DNA of 63,915 nucleotides, filler included, from Stramenopiles sp. TOSAG23-6 (taxonomy: Eukaryota), in NCBI GenBank assembly GCA_900128565.1. It is 4 parts of 4 records of this genome, joined end to end, with 100 filler letters (N's around TTAATTAATTAA, not from the genome) between each part and the next. Parts side by side here need not be neighbours in the genome. Positions count along the whole stretch, not along the records: positions 32,655 to 48,746 come from LT636097.1; positions 48,847 to 63,915 come from LT636127.1; 2 more parts are not named here. One strand, written 5' to 3'. A program made the translations under genes and the position numbers. Shown one piece after another: positions 39,001 to 49,043 of the stretch. The notes under the pieces are model-generated. The model was not told the DNA's origin and did no database searches. It saw only the letters and a program-made list of their open reading frames with translations. Every line of letters begins with the position of its first letter. Positions within the stretch are counted from its first letter, which is position 1.

Positions 39001-41604
39001 TTAATTCTGTGTGGCGTGACGAGATTCATTCTTTTCCAGTAGAAGATCCATCTAAATCGGTATTGCGTGTGATGCTATGGGGTAGGAAATTCGGAAATGA
39101 TGCATTTTATGGTTTCGTCGACTTAAATTTATCAATGCTTTGTGCGGAAAGAGATAAATTAGGAGCTTCGCTTAATACGAAAATGCCTCCTCTTAAAGCA
39201 CTCAAGTCTGGTCAACCTTGGGGGATTAAGAAAAACCTCATGAAGGAGTTGGTGCTTCCACTACAGGCTAGAAATAGCGGGGATTCATCAGCCGGAGGCA
39301 CATTGACTTTACAAATGGCATTAGTTGAACCAACAGTGACATGTCCACTATCGCCTGGTTCTGTTGTAACATCATCAACCTGGATGAAGTGTGTTCGAGA
39401 TACGAAAAAGGCATTAGTTTTACATCCTTGCAGACTGATGGTCGAAACTACTGCAATGATTTGCCAGTTAGCACTTGCGGCAGCGACAATAGCTAAAGAT
39501 GCGGAACGACTATATCTAAAAAGTAATCGAATATCTAGGAAAGGTAGAAGTTCGAGAGGTTCAAGACCGTTACCTCCTCCTCCACCACCACCTGCACATA
39601 TTCCACCACCACCATTGTCTGATGATGATGACATTCCACCACCACCATTATCTGATGATGATATTTTAAATATTCCACCACCTCCTCTTTTTATGGATGA
39701 TGTATGTTTTATTTTTTTTTTTAAATTTGAATTTATTTTTTCGTACGAAATTTTGTACCTAACGAATTTTTAAAGATTTTTTTTGAAATATTTTTCCAAA
39801 ATACATGCACCTGTTGGAGGTCATAAAATTTTATCTGCTGGAGTTGATAAAATCCCACCTCCACCAAAAGATGTATTGCCCGGAACTACGACTATAAAAA
39901 AACGTAGTTGTAAAACAAGACGCAGAAAAAAAATACCGAAAAAATTAAAATTTAATCCAGATTCTATATTTTCTGCATCTGATGTAAAATCTCTTCGGCT
40001 TGCATTACATGAACTTAGTAAGCACCCCGAATTAAAAGTGATATGTACTGATGATATTGATCCGAATAAACTAACTTCTCGACAACGGGTAATACACGAG
40101 ATGTTACAAAAAGCAAGAAGTTACGACGTCGATATCCAAAAACTGAAACAATTATTTGTGGAGCCATTAGAGCAAGCAAAGGCTGGCGGGCGTCTTCATA
40201 TAGATGGTGAAAATTCCAGTAGTAACATTAGACAAAAATCTTCGCTAATTGGGGGATTTGCTAAAAGTCTGAATGCTAATCCTAAAAAGTCGAAAGATGT
40301 AAGTGAAATGTTATCAGATCCCGATCTCGCAGTTTTATTGCAGAGTATTAAAGATGCTCATACTTTAAATACTGATATGTTATCCAGACTGAAATCGGCA
40401 ACAAAGGGCTGGCCCATAGAAATTTGTGTTGCGGATATATTTACACATTTTGCCGGACTTTGTGGTCATACCTATGGTGCATTTGCAAGGTCGCATGCAA
40501 CTACTCTGGATACATTGGATTCCCCTGCATTCGCAGATTTTTTACATTCGTTTACAACCATTCTTGGAGAATCATATGAGTCGTTACTCATTAAACCTGT
40601 GCAGTGGGTGCTCCGGTTAGTTTTACTACTACATTCATTGAAAAAAGAAACTGATAAAGTCAATCAACGGAGGAAACAGGCAACCGTGACAGAAGAAGAT
40701 GTCGTAGAACATCCAGACACCCCATTTTTACCTTTAGCTATTGAAAAACTGGAGGAAGCATGTGATGAAATTAATAAATATGTCATGGTTCGTGATAGTA
40801 AAATGAAAATCATCGCATTACAAAAGACAATGTCAGGTCTTCCGAGTAATCTTAATTTATGCTCCACAAACAGGTTGTTGTTAAAACGCGGTAGACTTGT
40901 AAAACAATGTCGTCGACGTCCCAAGGATTACGTTTTTATTTTATTTGATGACTTATTGTTGTATGCCGAAGGAAGGGAAGAATCAGAAGTTGTCGGCGGT
41001 GGAGAGGACCAGGAGAAGAACAAATTGGAATATCATAGACACTTAGAATTAGTATCCGCTGCAGTAGAGGATGGACAACTCATCGAACCTGATGAAAAAG
41101 CTAAAATATTGGGGAAATGTGATGGTAGTACACCTTTTTCATTTCTTTTTAAAGCATCTGAAAAATCATGTATGTTTTCATCATTAATTTCATTTTTTTT
41201 CATAGAAATTTTTGAACCTAACAATCTTAAAATTTAAAATATTTTTTTACAACANATTTTTGTTGTATGCAAAAAATCAAAAAGAGAAAACGAGTTGGAT
41301 GAAAGCGATAAATGATGCTATCTCTAAACTTAGAGATTCCTCCCCTGAACTTGCAGATATAAATTCTAAAACAGCGGCTGTCTGGGCCGCTGATTCTAGT
41401 GGGACTCATTGTACGCTGAAAGGCTGCAATCGAGAGTTTAACCTTATATGTAGAAGACATCACTGTAGACTTTGTGGTGCACTGGTATGCGATAAGTGTT
41501 CAAAGCACAGGGAGATTCTTCCTCATATTGATTTGAAAAAAAAACAGCGTATTTGTAATATTTGTAAACCAACTTTAACAAAAGAAAGAAATTCTTCCTC
41601 ATAG
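36056..41604 (+). CDS. Tandem RhoGEF(DH)-PH-FYVE, C2, Pro-rich, RhoGEF-PH-FYVE protein (FGD-like); 9 exons
   Basis: Exons 36056-37312, 37410-37478, 37628-37722, 37806-37860, 37985-38152, 38249-38499, 38597-39701, 39807-41169 and 41258-41604 join in frame. Motifs rebuilt across junctions: TPD|DHPD, GRRL|VLAGQL, KYH|FHLFSDVLLY, SFTCH|ASSVQEKRRW, QHI|DPVEAVRVC, KSF|LLYA. There are two RRHHCR.CG..VC FYVE fingers. Confidence 0.88.
37313..37409 (+). mobile_element. Introner-like intron, 97 nt, GT...AT (AT/AT)
   Basis: GAT|GTATGT...CGTACGAAATTTCGTACCTAAC...AAAATACAT|GATCATCCAGAC. The nearest AG (37418-37419) is out of frame. Confidence 0.9.
37479..37627 (+). mobile_element. Diverged family intron, 149 nt, GT...AT, with internal 37-nt tandem duplication
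   Basis: CAT|GTACGTTTT...GCCAAAATAAAT|GAG. An in-frame AG alternative exists 3 nt downstream (37630). Duplication at 37489-37560. Confidence 0.7.
37723..37805 (+). mobile_element. Introner-like intron, 83 nt, GT...TT (TT/TT flanks)
   Basis: CGATT|GTATGT...CCAAAATACTT|AGTTTTAGCT. Both nearby AGs are out of frame; removal restores PH-domain GRRLVLAGQL. Confidence 0.88.
37861..37984 (+). mobile_element. Introner-like intron, 124 nt, GT...AT (AT/AT)
   Basis: CAT|GTAGGT...TATACCTAAC...TCAATACAT|TTCCAT restores YHFHLFSDVLLY. Confidence 0.85.
38153..38248 (+). mobile_element. Introner-like intron, 96 nt, GT...AT (AT/AT)
   Basis: CAT|GTACGT...TTTTGTACCTAAC...ACAATACAT|GCAAGT. It contains an in-frame stop; the next AGs are out of frame. 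Confidence 0.88.
38500..38596 (+). mobile_element. Introner-like intron, 97 nt, GT...AT (AT/AT)
   Basis: CACAT|GTACGT...GTACCTAAAC...ACAATATAT|TGAC gives HID, as in the second FYVE finger of the same gene. Confidence 0.85.
39702..39806 (+). mobile_element. Introner-like intron, 105 nt, GT...AT (AT/AT)
   Basis: GAT|GTATGT...CGTACGAAATTTTGTACCTAAC...CCAAAATACAT|GCA; in-frame TAA inside. Confidence 0.88.
41170..41257 (+). mobile_element. Introner-like intron, 88 nt, GT...AT (AT/AT)
   Basis: TCAT|GTATGT...GAACCTAAC...ACAACANAT|TTTTG restores PH-domain KSFLLYAKNQKEKTSW. Confidence 0.82.
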
Positions 41605-41770
41605 TGATTTGAGGAAACCATCGTATTTGTAATATTTGTAAACCAACTTTTAACGAAATAAATTAGATATTTTTATATTCCAAGGGATGCGTTAACATTT
41701 TCGTTCTCTAAGNGATATCATCCCGAAATAGTCTTTAAATATATTTTTGAATCAAAAGTATGAGACTCTA

Positions 41771-42421
41771 CTAACCCGATTTGAAAAACTGTTGTACTGC
41801 TTGTACTTCTTTGGCACAATTAGGATGGTGCTGATAAAAATTCTGAGCAAGGCCCCTAAAAGCTCTAACGTATCCGCTCTTAGAATGATATTTTCTTAAT
41901 ACTTCATCTATACGTAGTAGGGATAACTCACAGTCTCTCCTTCTTTTACCTTCTTTCAATGCATTTATATCTGGGGTGGGAGCTGGTGTTGGAGCTGGTG
42001 CTGGAGCTTTTTGGGACACTGGTGGTGCCGGTGGAGCATTTCCATACCAGAACCACGGATGATTCGTTATTGGAAATTGCGGGTTTACTGGAACATTTGG
42101 TGTCATGACTGGAACATTTGCTGTCATGACTGGAACATTTGCTGTCACTACTGGAACATTTGGTGTCATTGGTGGAGGATACATCAAATTAAGTTTTGGT
42201 ATCATTGGTTGAGGATACATCAAACCATTGCGCTGAAAAGGTAAATGACTTGGATACCCCAGTCCAACTGGACTATTTGGATACCACGGCTGACTTATTG
42301 GACCATTTGGATACCAAGATACTCTATTTTTGGTTACCATCCTTACACTTTCAATAAAAGCAAAATTTTGGCTGACTATAATCAAAGAAAGAATAAGAGT
42401 GGAAGAAATTAAGTGACTCAT
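41771..42421 (-). CDS. Secreted Pro-rich protein with 7-aa repeats (NVPVMTA/P)
   Basis: Signal peptide; 21-nt tandem repeats at about 42087-42170; PAPAPTP tract. Confidence 0.75.
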   Translation of the reverse strand: MSHLISSTLILSLIIVSQNFAFIESVRMVTKNRVSWYPNGPISQPWYPNSPVGLGYPSHLPFQRNGLMYPQPMIPKLNLMYPPPMTPNVPVVTANVPVMTANVPVMTPNVPVNPQFPITNHPWFWYGNAPPAPPVSQKAPAPAPTPAPTPDINALKEGKRRRDCELSLLRIDEVLRKYHSKSGYVRAFRGLAQNFYQHHPNCAKEVQAVQQFFKSG

Positions 42422-42802
42422 CCTTACACTTTGTCGTAAATAGTATGGTATATATAGAGAAGAAGGATACGAAAAAAGACTTTCCGAAATTTCAAATTTT
42501 CAAAAATTCAAATTTCGAAAAATTCGAAATTTCGAAATTTCAAAAAATTCAAAATTTTGATTTGTGAAAAATCGATAAAATCTTGTCGAAGACAACTGAA
42601 TGAGCTCAAGAGCATTATTAGGATAAAACCAATAAAAGAATCTTAGAAAAATTAAAATATATTCATGTTAATACTGGTTTTATTTTTTAATTTAATGCTG
42701 ATTTTTGACAATGATTTCAAACTGAATTNGAAATGTCTGGAAGATACATATACTCCAAGGTGAAGAATATGTATGATTGAAGGTGTTGTAGCGTTAGGAA
42801 TC

Positions 42803-43447
42803 TTATTCTTCTTCATCATTTTCTTCATCATTTTCTTCATTGCTTCCTTTGGAAGTTTCGGGTCTTGCTCTTCTTCTTCGTAACTTTTTCTTCTTTGACT
42901 CTGGTAATGGTCCCATAAACGACCAAGCAGGACCCATTACAGGTGGCATTACATTCATCATTGGTGGCATTACATTCATCATTGGTGGCATTACATTCAT
43001 CATTGGTGACATTGCATTCATCATTGGCGGCATTAAATTCATCATTGGCGGCATTATGTTCATCATTTGTGACATGTCTGGTGGCATCATCGATAAAGAC
43101 AACGGTGGGTGCCAAGTGAGTGACATTGGCGGAATCCACGTCGGACTTGTCTCTGGTACATTTGGCAAAGAATCATTTGGTTGATATAACATAGACGGAA
43201 ATACGGGATTACTTGGTAGAAAATCTGGAAATGTATTCATAGGGTGAGGTAAATAAGATTGAAACATTGTACCTGTCCACGGACCCATTGGACTGTAAGG
43301 TAGCATTCCGATTCCTCCAGGTAGCGTTCCAAATCCTCCAGGCATACTTGGTTGTTGAATCCCAGCATATGTCGGCTGAATCGCAGCATGTATTTGGCAA
43401 ACTTTAATTGAAAGCAAAATGTATATACATGAAATCAAGCGACTCAT
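42803..43447 (-). CDS. Secreted Met/Pro-rich protein with MNVMPPM repeats and a basic then acidic tail
   Basis: Leader MSRLISC resembles the neighbour's MSHLISS; 21-nt repeats at about 42943-43066. Confidence 0.75.
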   Translation of the reverse strand: MSRLISCIYILLSIKVCQIHAAIQPTYAGIQQPSMPGGFGTLPGGIGMLPYSPMGPWTGTMFQSYLPHPMNTFPDFLPSNPVFPSMLYQPNDSLPNVPETSPTWIPPMSLTWHPPLSLSMMPPDMSQMMNIMPPMMNLMPPMMNAMSPMMNVMPPMMNVMPPMMNVMPPVMGPAWSFMGPLPESKKKKLRRRRARPETSKGSNEENDEENDEEE

Positions 43448-43622
43448 TATACTAATACACTTTAGATGCGTTTACACAATACAACATGTGTTGGTTGAAT
43501 TATATACGCACAGAGCAAGCGAGCGAGGTGTCTTGGAATTACATTCAAATTTTCTTTAATTTGAAATTTAAATTTTAAATTGGGAAAAAAATTCTTCTTC
43601 CGGAAACTTCTTGAAAAAAAGC

Positions 43623-43632
43623 ACAAACCTGC
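43623..43632 (+). promoter_or_regulatory. Candidate promoter motif ACAAACCTGC
   Basis: About 123 nt upstream of ATG 43755, on the same strand. Confidence 0.5.
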
Positions 43633-43754
43633 TTTGACTTTGCAAAAATTAATTTAAGTCAGTCAGTTTGAAAATCCAAAATTCCGGGCCGCCCGTTATT
43701 TTGTCGTCCTTCCAGTACTACAACACACATTTGTCACCAAAACAAAAATTCAAA

Positions 43755-45893
43755 ATGTATGCAGCATTTAAATTCATCAATGCGATCTTACTAATAATTC
43801 TTGGGTATGCCAACGCCGCCACAATTCAACCTGGAGTTCAGGTTATGCAACTCGAAACCTCATCGTCTTTGGGTGCTGGCACAAAAGTAGAATTAACAGG
43901 ACTAAAAAAAACACCAGAACTTAATGGTACGCTTGGTATAGTCGAAGAATATTTACCACAAACAAAGGATTACGCAATTCACGTGTCCGCAAGAAAAGAG
44001 AATATAATTGTGAAAAGTGAAAATTTGATAAAAATGCCTAGTCGTTCTATCGGAGTTGTATTATATGATGATGAGTTTAAGAGAGGTTCTGAGAAAACAC
44101 CATGTTTTCTAGATATTATGCTTGGGCCAAATAAATTGGTCCTTGTAGGAAACTTATTGTCCTTCTTAGTAGCAGAAGAAGAAAGAACTTCTGCGCTTTT
44201 GTCTCCATCAGAATTTAATATTGATACTGTAATTGTTTACATCGATGCACATGGTTATGGAGGTAATTGTTCTAATAGAGGGAAACTTGTGTGTAACTTT
44301 CAAAGAAATGGACAAAAACAATGTACACTCAAACACCCTCGTGATATTCTTCAAAAGCTAAGTAAAATATATGGTTCAACAATACCAATATTGATAATTT
44401 CAGCCTCATGTTTTGGGTTTTTATTCAAAGAGACTTTGATTTTGGATAGAAACAAATCATTGTACAATACTATTTCATTAATTTCTAGTGGAAATAACCC
44501 AATCCAATTTCACGTTTTACCAGGCATTCTTCAAAGTGTTGTTTTTCATGCTCGTAAAAGTAATGAACCTATCTCAATATCTCAATTCTTGGATGATTTC
44601 CAAGGTAGCGCAGATGATTTTCAAGGTATCGCAGAAGCACGTCACATTGATGGTACAGAGATAAACATCACACAAGCAATCAATAAGTCCCCACCTGGAA
44701 ATATATATCGTACAGATGATGATTCATATCTTACAATATGCAGTACCGAACAACAAGGTAATATTTTGGAGCAATCAACCAGAGTTGGTGATATTGTAAC
44801 AGTTGAGCAATTTATCAAACTTGGTATTGATTTGAATCAGACTAATCAATATGGAATACCACCATTGTGGGTTGCTTCACAGAACGGTCATGTTGAAGTA
44901 GTTCGACTACTTATTGGTAATGGTGCTGATGCCAATGAGGCTATAAAAAAAGGAGAAACCCCATTATTTGCTAAAAGAACAGGAGAAACTCCATTGTATG
45001 TTGCTTCACAGAATGGTCATGAAAATATAGTTCAACTACTTATTGATAATGGTGTTGATGCCAGAAAGGCTCTAACAAGTGGACCAGCAATTGGAAATAC
45101 CCCATTGTATATTTCTTCAGAGACTGGTCATGTTGGAGTAGTTAAAATACTTCTTCGTAATGGTGCTGTTGTCGATCAGGCTGTTCCAGAAAATGGATCT
45201 GCCCCATTGTATATTGCTTCACAGAAAGGTCATGAAGGAGTAGTTGCAAAACTTATAGATGCTGGTGCTGATGTCAATAAGGCAAATGACAAAGGTATTA
45301 CCCCATTGAATGTTGCACTACAGCAAGGTCATGCAAATGTAGCTCAACTACTTCTTGATAATGGTGCTGATATCAGAAAGGCTCTGAAAAGTGGACCGTC
45401 AAGTGGAGTCACAACATTGTATATTGCGGCGCAATTTGGTCATACAAGAGTAGTTCGACTACTTATCGATGCTGGTGCCGGTGTCGATCAGGCAAATGAT
45501 GACGGATATACCCCATTGCTTGGTGCTTCAATGATGGGTCATGTTGGAGTGGTTGCACAACTAATCACTGCTGGTGCAAATGTCAATCTGGCTAGTAATG
45601 ATGGAATTACGCCATTGTGTTTTGCTTCACAGGAAGGTCATGTAGAAGTAGTTAAAATACTTCTTCGTAATGGTGCTGACATTAATAAGGCTCCGACAAG
45701 TGGACCAGCAAGAGGAAGTACCCCATTGTATCTTGCTTCAAAAAAAGGTAATGCAGAAGTAGTTCAACTACTCAACAAAGCAAATAGAATCAACTCGAAC
45801 TTTCTGCCTGACATACAAAATTTAAACTATACTATTTCGGGTTTATTAGTTCTCCTTTCTTTATTATTGTTGTATGCAAATTATAGAAGATAA
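43755..45893 (+). CDS. Signal peptide, SH3/KOW-like module, possible caspase-fold domain, ankyrin repeats and C-terminal hydrophobic anchor
   Basis: Leader MYAAFKF..LGYANA; GTKVELTGLKKTPELNG...VKSENL; VIVYIDAHG and ILIISASCFG; about 9 ankyrin repeats; C-terminal ISGLLVLLSLLLLY. Confidence 0.8.
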   Translation: MYAAFKFINAILLIILGYANAATIQPGVQVMQLETSSSLGAGTKVELTGLKKTPELNGTLGIVEEYLPQTKDYAIHVSARKENIIVKSENLIKMPSRSIGVVLYDDEFKRGSEKTPCFLDIMLGPNKLVLVGNLLSFLVAEEERTSALLSPSEFNIDTVIVYIDAHGYGGNCSNRGKLVCNFQRNGQKQCTLKHPRDILQKLSKIYGSTIPILIISASCFGFLFKETLILDRNKSLYNTISLISSGNNPIQFHVLPGILQSVVFHARKSNEPISISQFLDDFQGSADDFQGIAEARHIDGTEINITQAINKSPPGNIYRTDDDSYLTICSTEQQGNILEQSTRVGDIVTVEQFIKLGIDLNQTNQYGIPPLWVASQNGHVEVVRLLIGNGADANEAIKKGETPLFAKRTGETPLYVASQNGHENIVQLLIDNGVDARKALTSGPAIGNTPLYISSETGHVGVVKILLRNGAVVDQAVPENGSAPLYIASQKGHEGVVAKLIDAGADVNKANDKGITPLNVALQQGHANVAQLLLDNGADIRKALKSGPSSGVTTLYIAAQFGHTRVVRLLIDAGAGVDQANDDGYTPLLGASMMGHVGVVAQLITAGANVNLASNDGITPLCFASQEGHVEVVKILLRNGADINKAPTSGPARGSTPLYLASKKGNAEVVQLLNKANRINSNFLPDIQNLNYTISGLLVLLSLLLLYANYRR

Positions 45894-46022
45894 ATTCACA
45901 ATCTTTAGTATTATAGCGATTTGAAAAAATGCATATTTTAAAAAATGAGCAAAAATCAAAAATAAGAGTTGTACATAATAATAAAAATTACGGTTTTATA
46001 AATAAACCAACTATTTTAATTT

Positions 46023-46865
46023 CTATCTATTTTGTTGTTGTTGTTGTTTTTGTAATTCTTTTTGCATTCGCGAAAAGCTACGCAAGGCATTGATTATACT
46101 TCGTTCTGTGGGTGGTTTTGGTGGCATTGATAAATAATTGTCATTTGGAGTTATCACATCAATCTTTTCTCCACGACCGTTTCCAGGCATACTCATATTT
46201 TTTGCAAAAATTCCGTGATCTCCCATATACTGCATTGTACTTGGTAAACCAAATAGGCCTGTCATATTGCCCGCCATATTGCTCATTGATTTACCAAATG
46301 CAGAGAATAGGCTATGTGCTGAAGGATTTGGATTAGATGGGTACATCCCAGTCATACTTGCTATCGCAGGATTTGTGGAAAATTGACGTAAAAATATATT
46401 AGGATTCATGCTAGCTGCCATCATTGGATTACCACCCATCATACCACTCACTCCCATCATAGGACCCCAACCACCCATCATTCCAGGTATCCCCATTTGG
46501 CGAATTCCAGAACCACGCATCATTGTATTACCAGGGCCAAATCCAGTCGCAAAAGCAGGCCATCCCATACCGAAACCTGCCTGTGGACCAAACTGGACCA
46601 TGTTTGCGTTATTTGCAAATCCCGATTCGAACTCATCCGTTCTGTGACCTTTTGGGGCAGCATTCAACTCTTCAGTTGCAAGAATCTTTGTTTTACTTTG
46701 ATTCTTTCGCAAACGTTGGTGTGCGCGTTGACGTTGACGAGAGTGTTTCAAGTGTTTCTGGCGTTTCTGGGTTTGTTTTGTATGTTTTGTATGTCTTCTT
46801 GCGGAGACAATCTTAATTTTAAGAGATATTATTACACACAACACAGTAATGAAAAATATCTTCAT
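46023..46865 (-). CDS. Secreted Gly/Met-rich low-complexity protein
   Basis: Leader MKIFFITVLCVIISL; basic H/K/R tract; GMMGG repeats. Confidence 0.7.
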   Translation of the reverse strand: MKIFFITVLCVIISLKIKIVSARRHTKHTKQTQKRQKHLKHSRQRQRAHQRLRKNQSKTKILATEELNAAPKGHRTDEFESGFANNANMVQFGPQAGFGMGWPAFATGFGPGNTMMRGSGIRQMGIPGMMGGWGPMMGVSGMMGGNPMMAASMNPNIFLRQFSTNPAIASMTGMYPSNPNPSAHSLFSAFGKSMSNMAGNMTGLFGLPSTMQYMGDHGIFAKNMSMPGNGRGEKIDVITPNDNYLSMPPKPPTERSIINALRSFSRMQKELQKQQQQQNR

Positions 46866-47028
46866 AGTATTGTCTTCTCTCCTTGAAAAGGGATGTACAC
46901 AATATTGTACGTGCGAACAACTTCTCACACGTATAATCTACTACTGTAGTACAAGTGTCTGAAGCAATTTGAAATTTTTGAAAAATTTGAATTTTCAAAT
47001 TTTAAATTCAATCTTTTTTCAAGTACAA

Positions 47029-47038
47029 GCAGGTTTGT
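47029..47038 (-). promoter_or_regulatory. Candidate promoter motif ACAAACCTGC
   Basis: 164 nt upstream of ATG 46865, on the same strand. Confidence 0.5.
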
Positions 47039-47168
47039 TCACACGACCTTCTATTATTTTTTTATCGTGTGGGTGGTGTCTGTCGGTGGTGTTTACTCTT
47101 TTTTAAAAGTTATTTTTTCGTAATTTCTTTCGTAATTCTATAATATTTTTTTTTATTTTTTCCAAAAA

Positions 47169-48693
47169 TTAATTTCGAAGTTTTGCCAGTGCCTTACTTT
47201 GCATATACTTCATTTTCTGAAGTTCTTCTTCATTATTATACATCTTTTTTGATCTCATGTTGGCCATATATTTTTTTGAACGTAATATAATAGCTTTTTT
47301 CTTCTCTTTACTTAAATTTTCACTTTCTCTTTTTCTCGTAATGACAGAGGATATATTTTGTTTTCTTGTCAAATACACTTCGAATTTATTTTCTTCTGGC
47401 TTCATTTGGTTTTGAAATTCTTGATTTTCTTTGCTAACTATGTAGCGCGATAATAATGGTGTAGCTATTGGTGCTCTTTGTTGTCTTGGCTTTGGGGTTG
47501 TTGCTAATTTTGTATGTGTATCTCGTATTGTAGTCAAATTTTGGTGCTTCTTTTTTTCCAAATAATTTATTGCTTCTATATTCTTCTGTTCGTTAAGCGT
47601 ATATGATTCATAATGACTTCTTTGCTTTTCAAAGTGTTCAATAGGGTTATCATTATGATTTGTTACGTCAAACCTTCCCAGTTCTTCAATTTGTTTTTTT
47701 AATTTTCGTATTTCTTCATCTTTTTTGTTTATAATTTCGTCCAATTTCTTTGAATCATTACGTTGAATTGAATGACTTGATTCTTCAATAATTTCAAAAG
47801 ATGTGTCTTTAATAATATTTTTATTTACTTTCTTGCTGAAAGACTCCTCTTTTTCATTTATGATATAAGGTGTATTTGTATGTTTTTTAGATAAAAGGTT
47901 CCGTTTTGCAGTTATTGGGGGTGTTGATGTTGGAGGTGGTGGAAAATCATTTAAACTGTTGGAAGTATATGATGAGATAGATTCTTCTATTGTTGGTGGC
48001 GAAGAAGACATAAAGTCATCATTAAAATTTGCATTTTCAGTATTTTGCAACTGTTCCTCTTTGGCATATGAAGGTATAATTTCATTATGAAGTTGACTTT
48101 CTGAAATGTTTTCTATTTTATCCTTTTTAATCTTTTCACGATATTTTGCTATATTGTTGCAACAAGCATTGAACCAATCTATAAATTCTAAAAAAGAAAG
48201 AGAAGAATCTTCGTTCCCTTCAATATGCGTCATTAATTGTTGAATGAGATGTTCCTTATGTCTCTTATCTATAGGAATAAAACATGGAAGAAAACTTTGC
48301 CACGTCCAATTTGCAATTTCACAAGCGTCACTTGCTTGAATCACATCTTCATCAGTTAATTTCCAGTTTTCAATTATACTCTTCTCATAGAACTTTCGAC
48401 GGGCACGTTCAATGAAAGAAGCCTCTCGTATTCTTTCATCTCTTCTGGTATCCACAGTCGAGAATGTGTTATACTCAATTCTATTTGATATTATTGTTGA
48501 CAATTCTTTATCCACGATTTTATTTGCTTCAGATGTTGACAATTTTTTTGGGAGTGTCATTTCGTTTCCATTTTCTACGTCTGAGGGTAACTTATTCATG
48601 GGTATTTCAGATATTTTAGAATTATTTTGTGGGTTTTGTAACGATTTTGACGTTGAGCTACACTGTCGAAACTCTATTGGTTCAGGTACACAC
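47169..48693 (-). CDS. Hypothetical protein, last exon (EF-hand-like LSFLEFIDWF, coiled coil); 5'-truncated
   Basis: Long ORF beginning immediately after a family intron 3' end. The predicted ATG uses the intron-terminal AT. Confidence 0.7.
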
Positions 48694-48746
48694 ATGTATT
48701 TTGGAAAAATATTTCAAAAAAAAAATTGTTAGGTACAAAATTTCGT
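48694..48746 (-). mobile_element. Introner-like intron, 3' part (contig-truncated), ends AT
   Basis: Minus strand reads ACGAAATTTTGTACCTAAC...TTTCCAAAATACAT|GTGT. Confidence 0.85.
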
Positions 48747-48846
48747 NNNNNNNNNNNNNNNNNNNNNNNNNNNNNNNNNNNNNNNNNNNNTTAATTAATT
48801 AANNNNNNNNNNNNNNNNNNNNNNNNNNNNNNNNNNNNNNNNNNNN
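48747..48846. other. Artificial contig linker
   Basis: N44-TTAATTAATTAA-N44. Confidence 0.97.
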
Positions 48847-49043
48847 GGTGGAAGTGACTCACAACCTAGTGCTGACGGTGGTGGAAGTGACTCACAACCT
48901 AGTGCTGACGGTGGTGGAAGTGACTCACAACCTAGTGCTGACGGTGGTGGAAGTGACTCACAACCTAGTGATGGTGGTGGAAGTGACTCACAACCTAGTG
49001 GTGATGGTGGTGGAAGTGACTCACAACCTAGTGCTGACGGTGG
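48847..49043 (+). repeat. 33-nt coding minisatellite (about 6 units)
   Basis: GGTGGAAGTGACTCACAACCTAGTGCTGACGGT repeated; the contig starts within it. Confidence 0.9.

Noticed and set aside
32555-48846. Functional gene clustering across contigs
   Set aside because: Contigs appear concatenated in decreasing length order, so adjacency across linkers carries no biological meaning.
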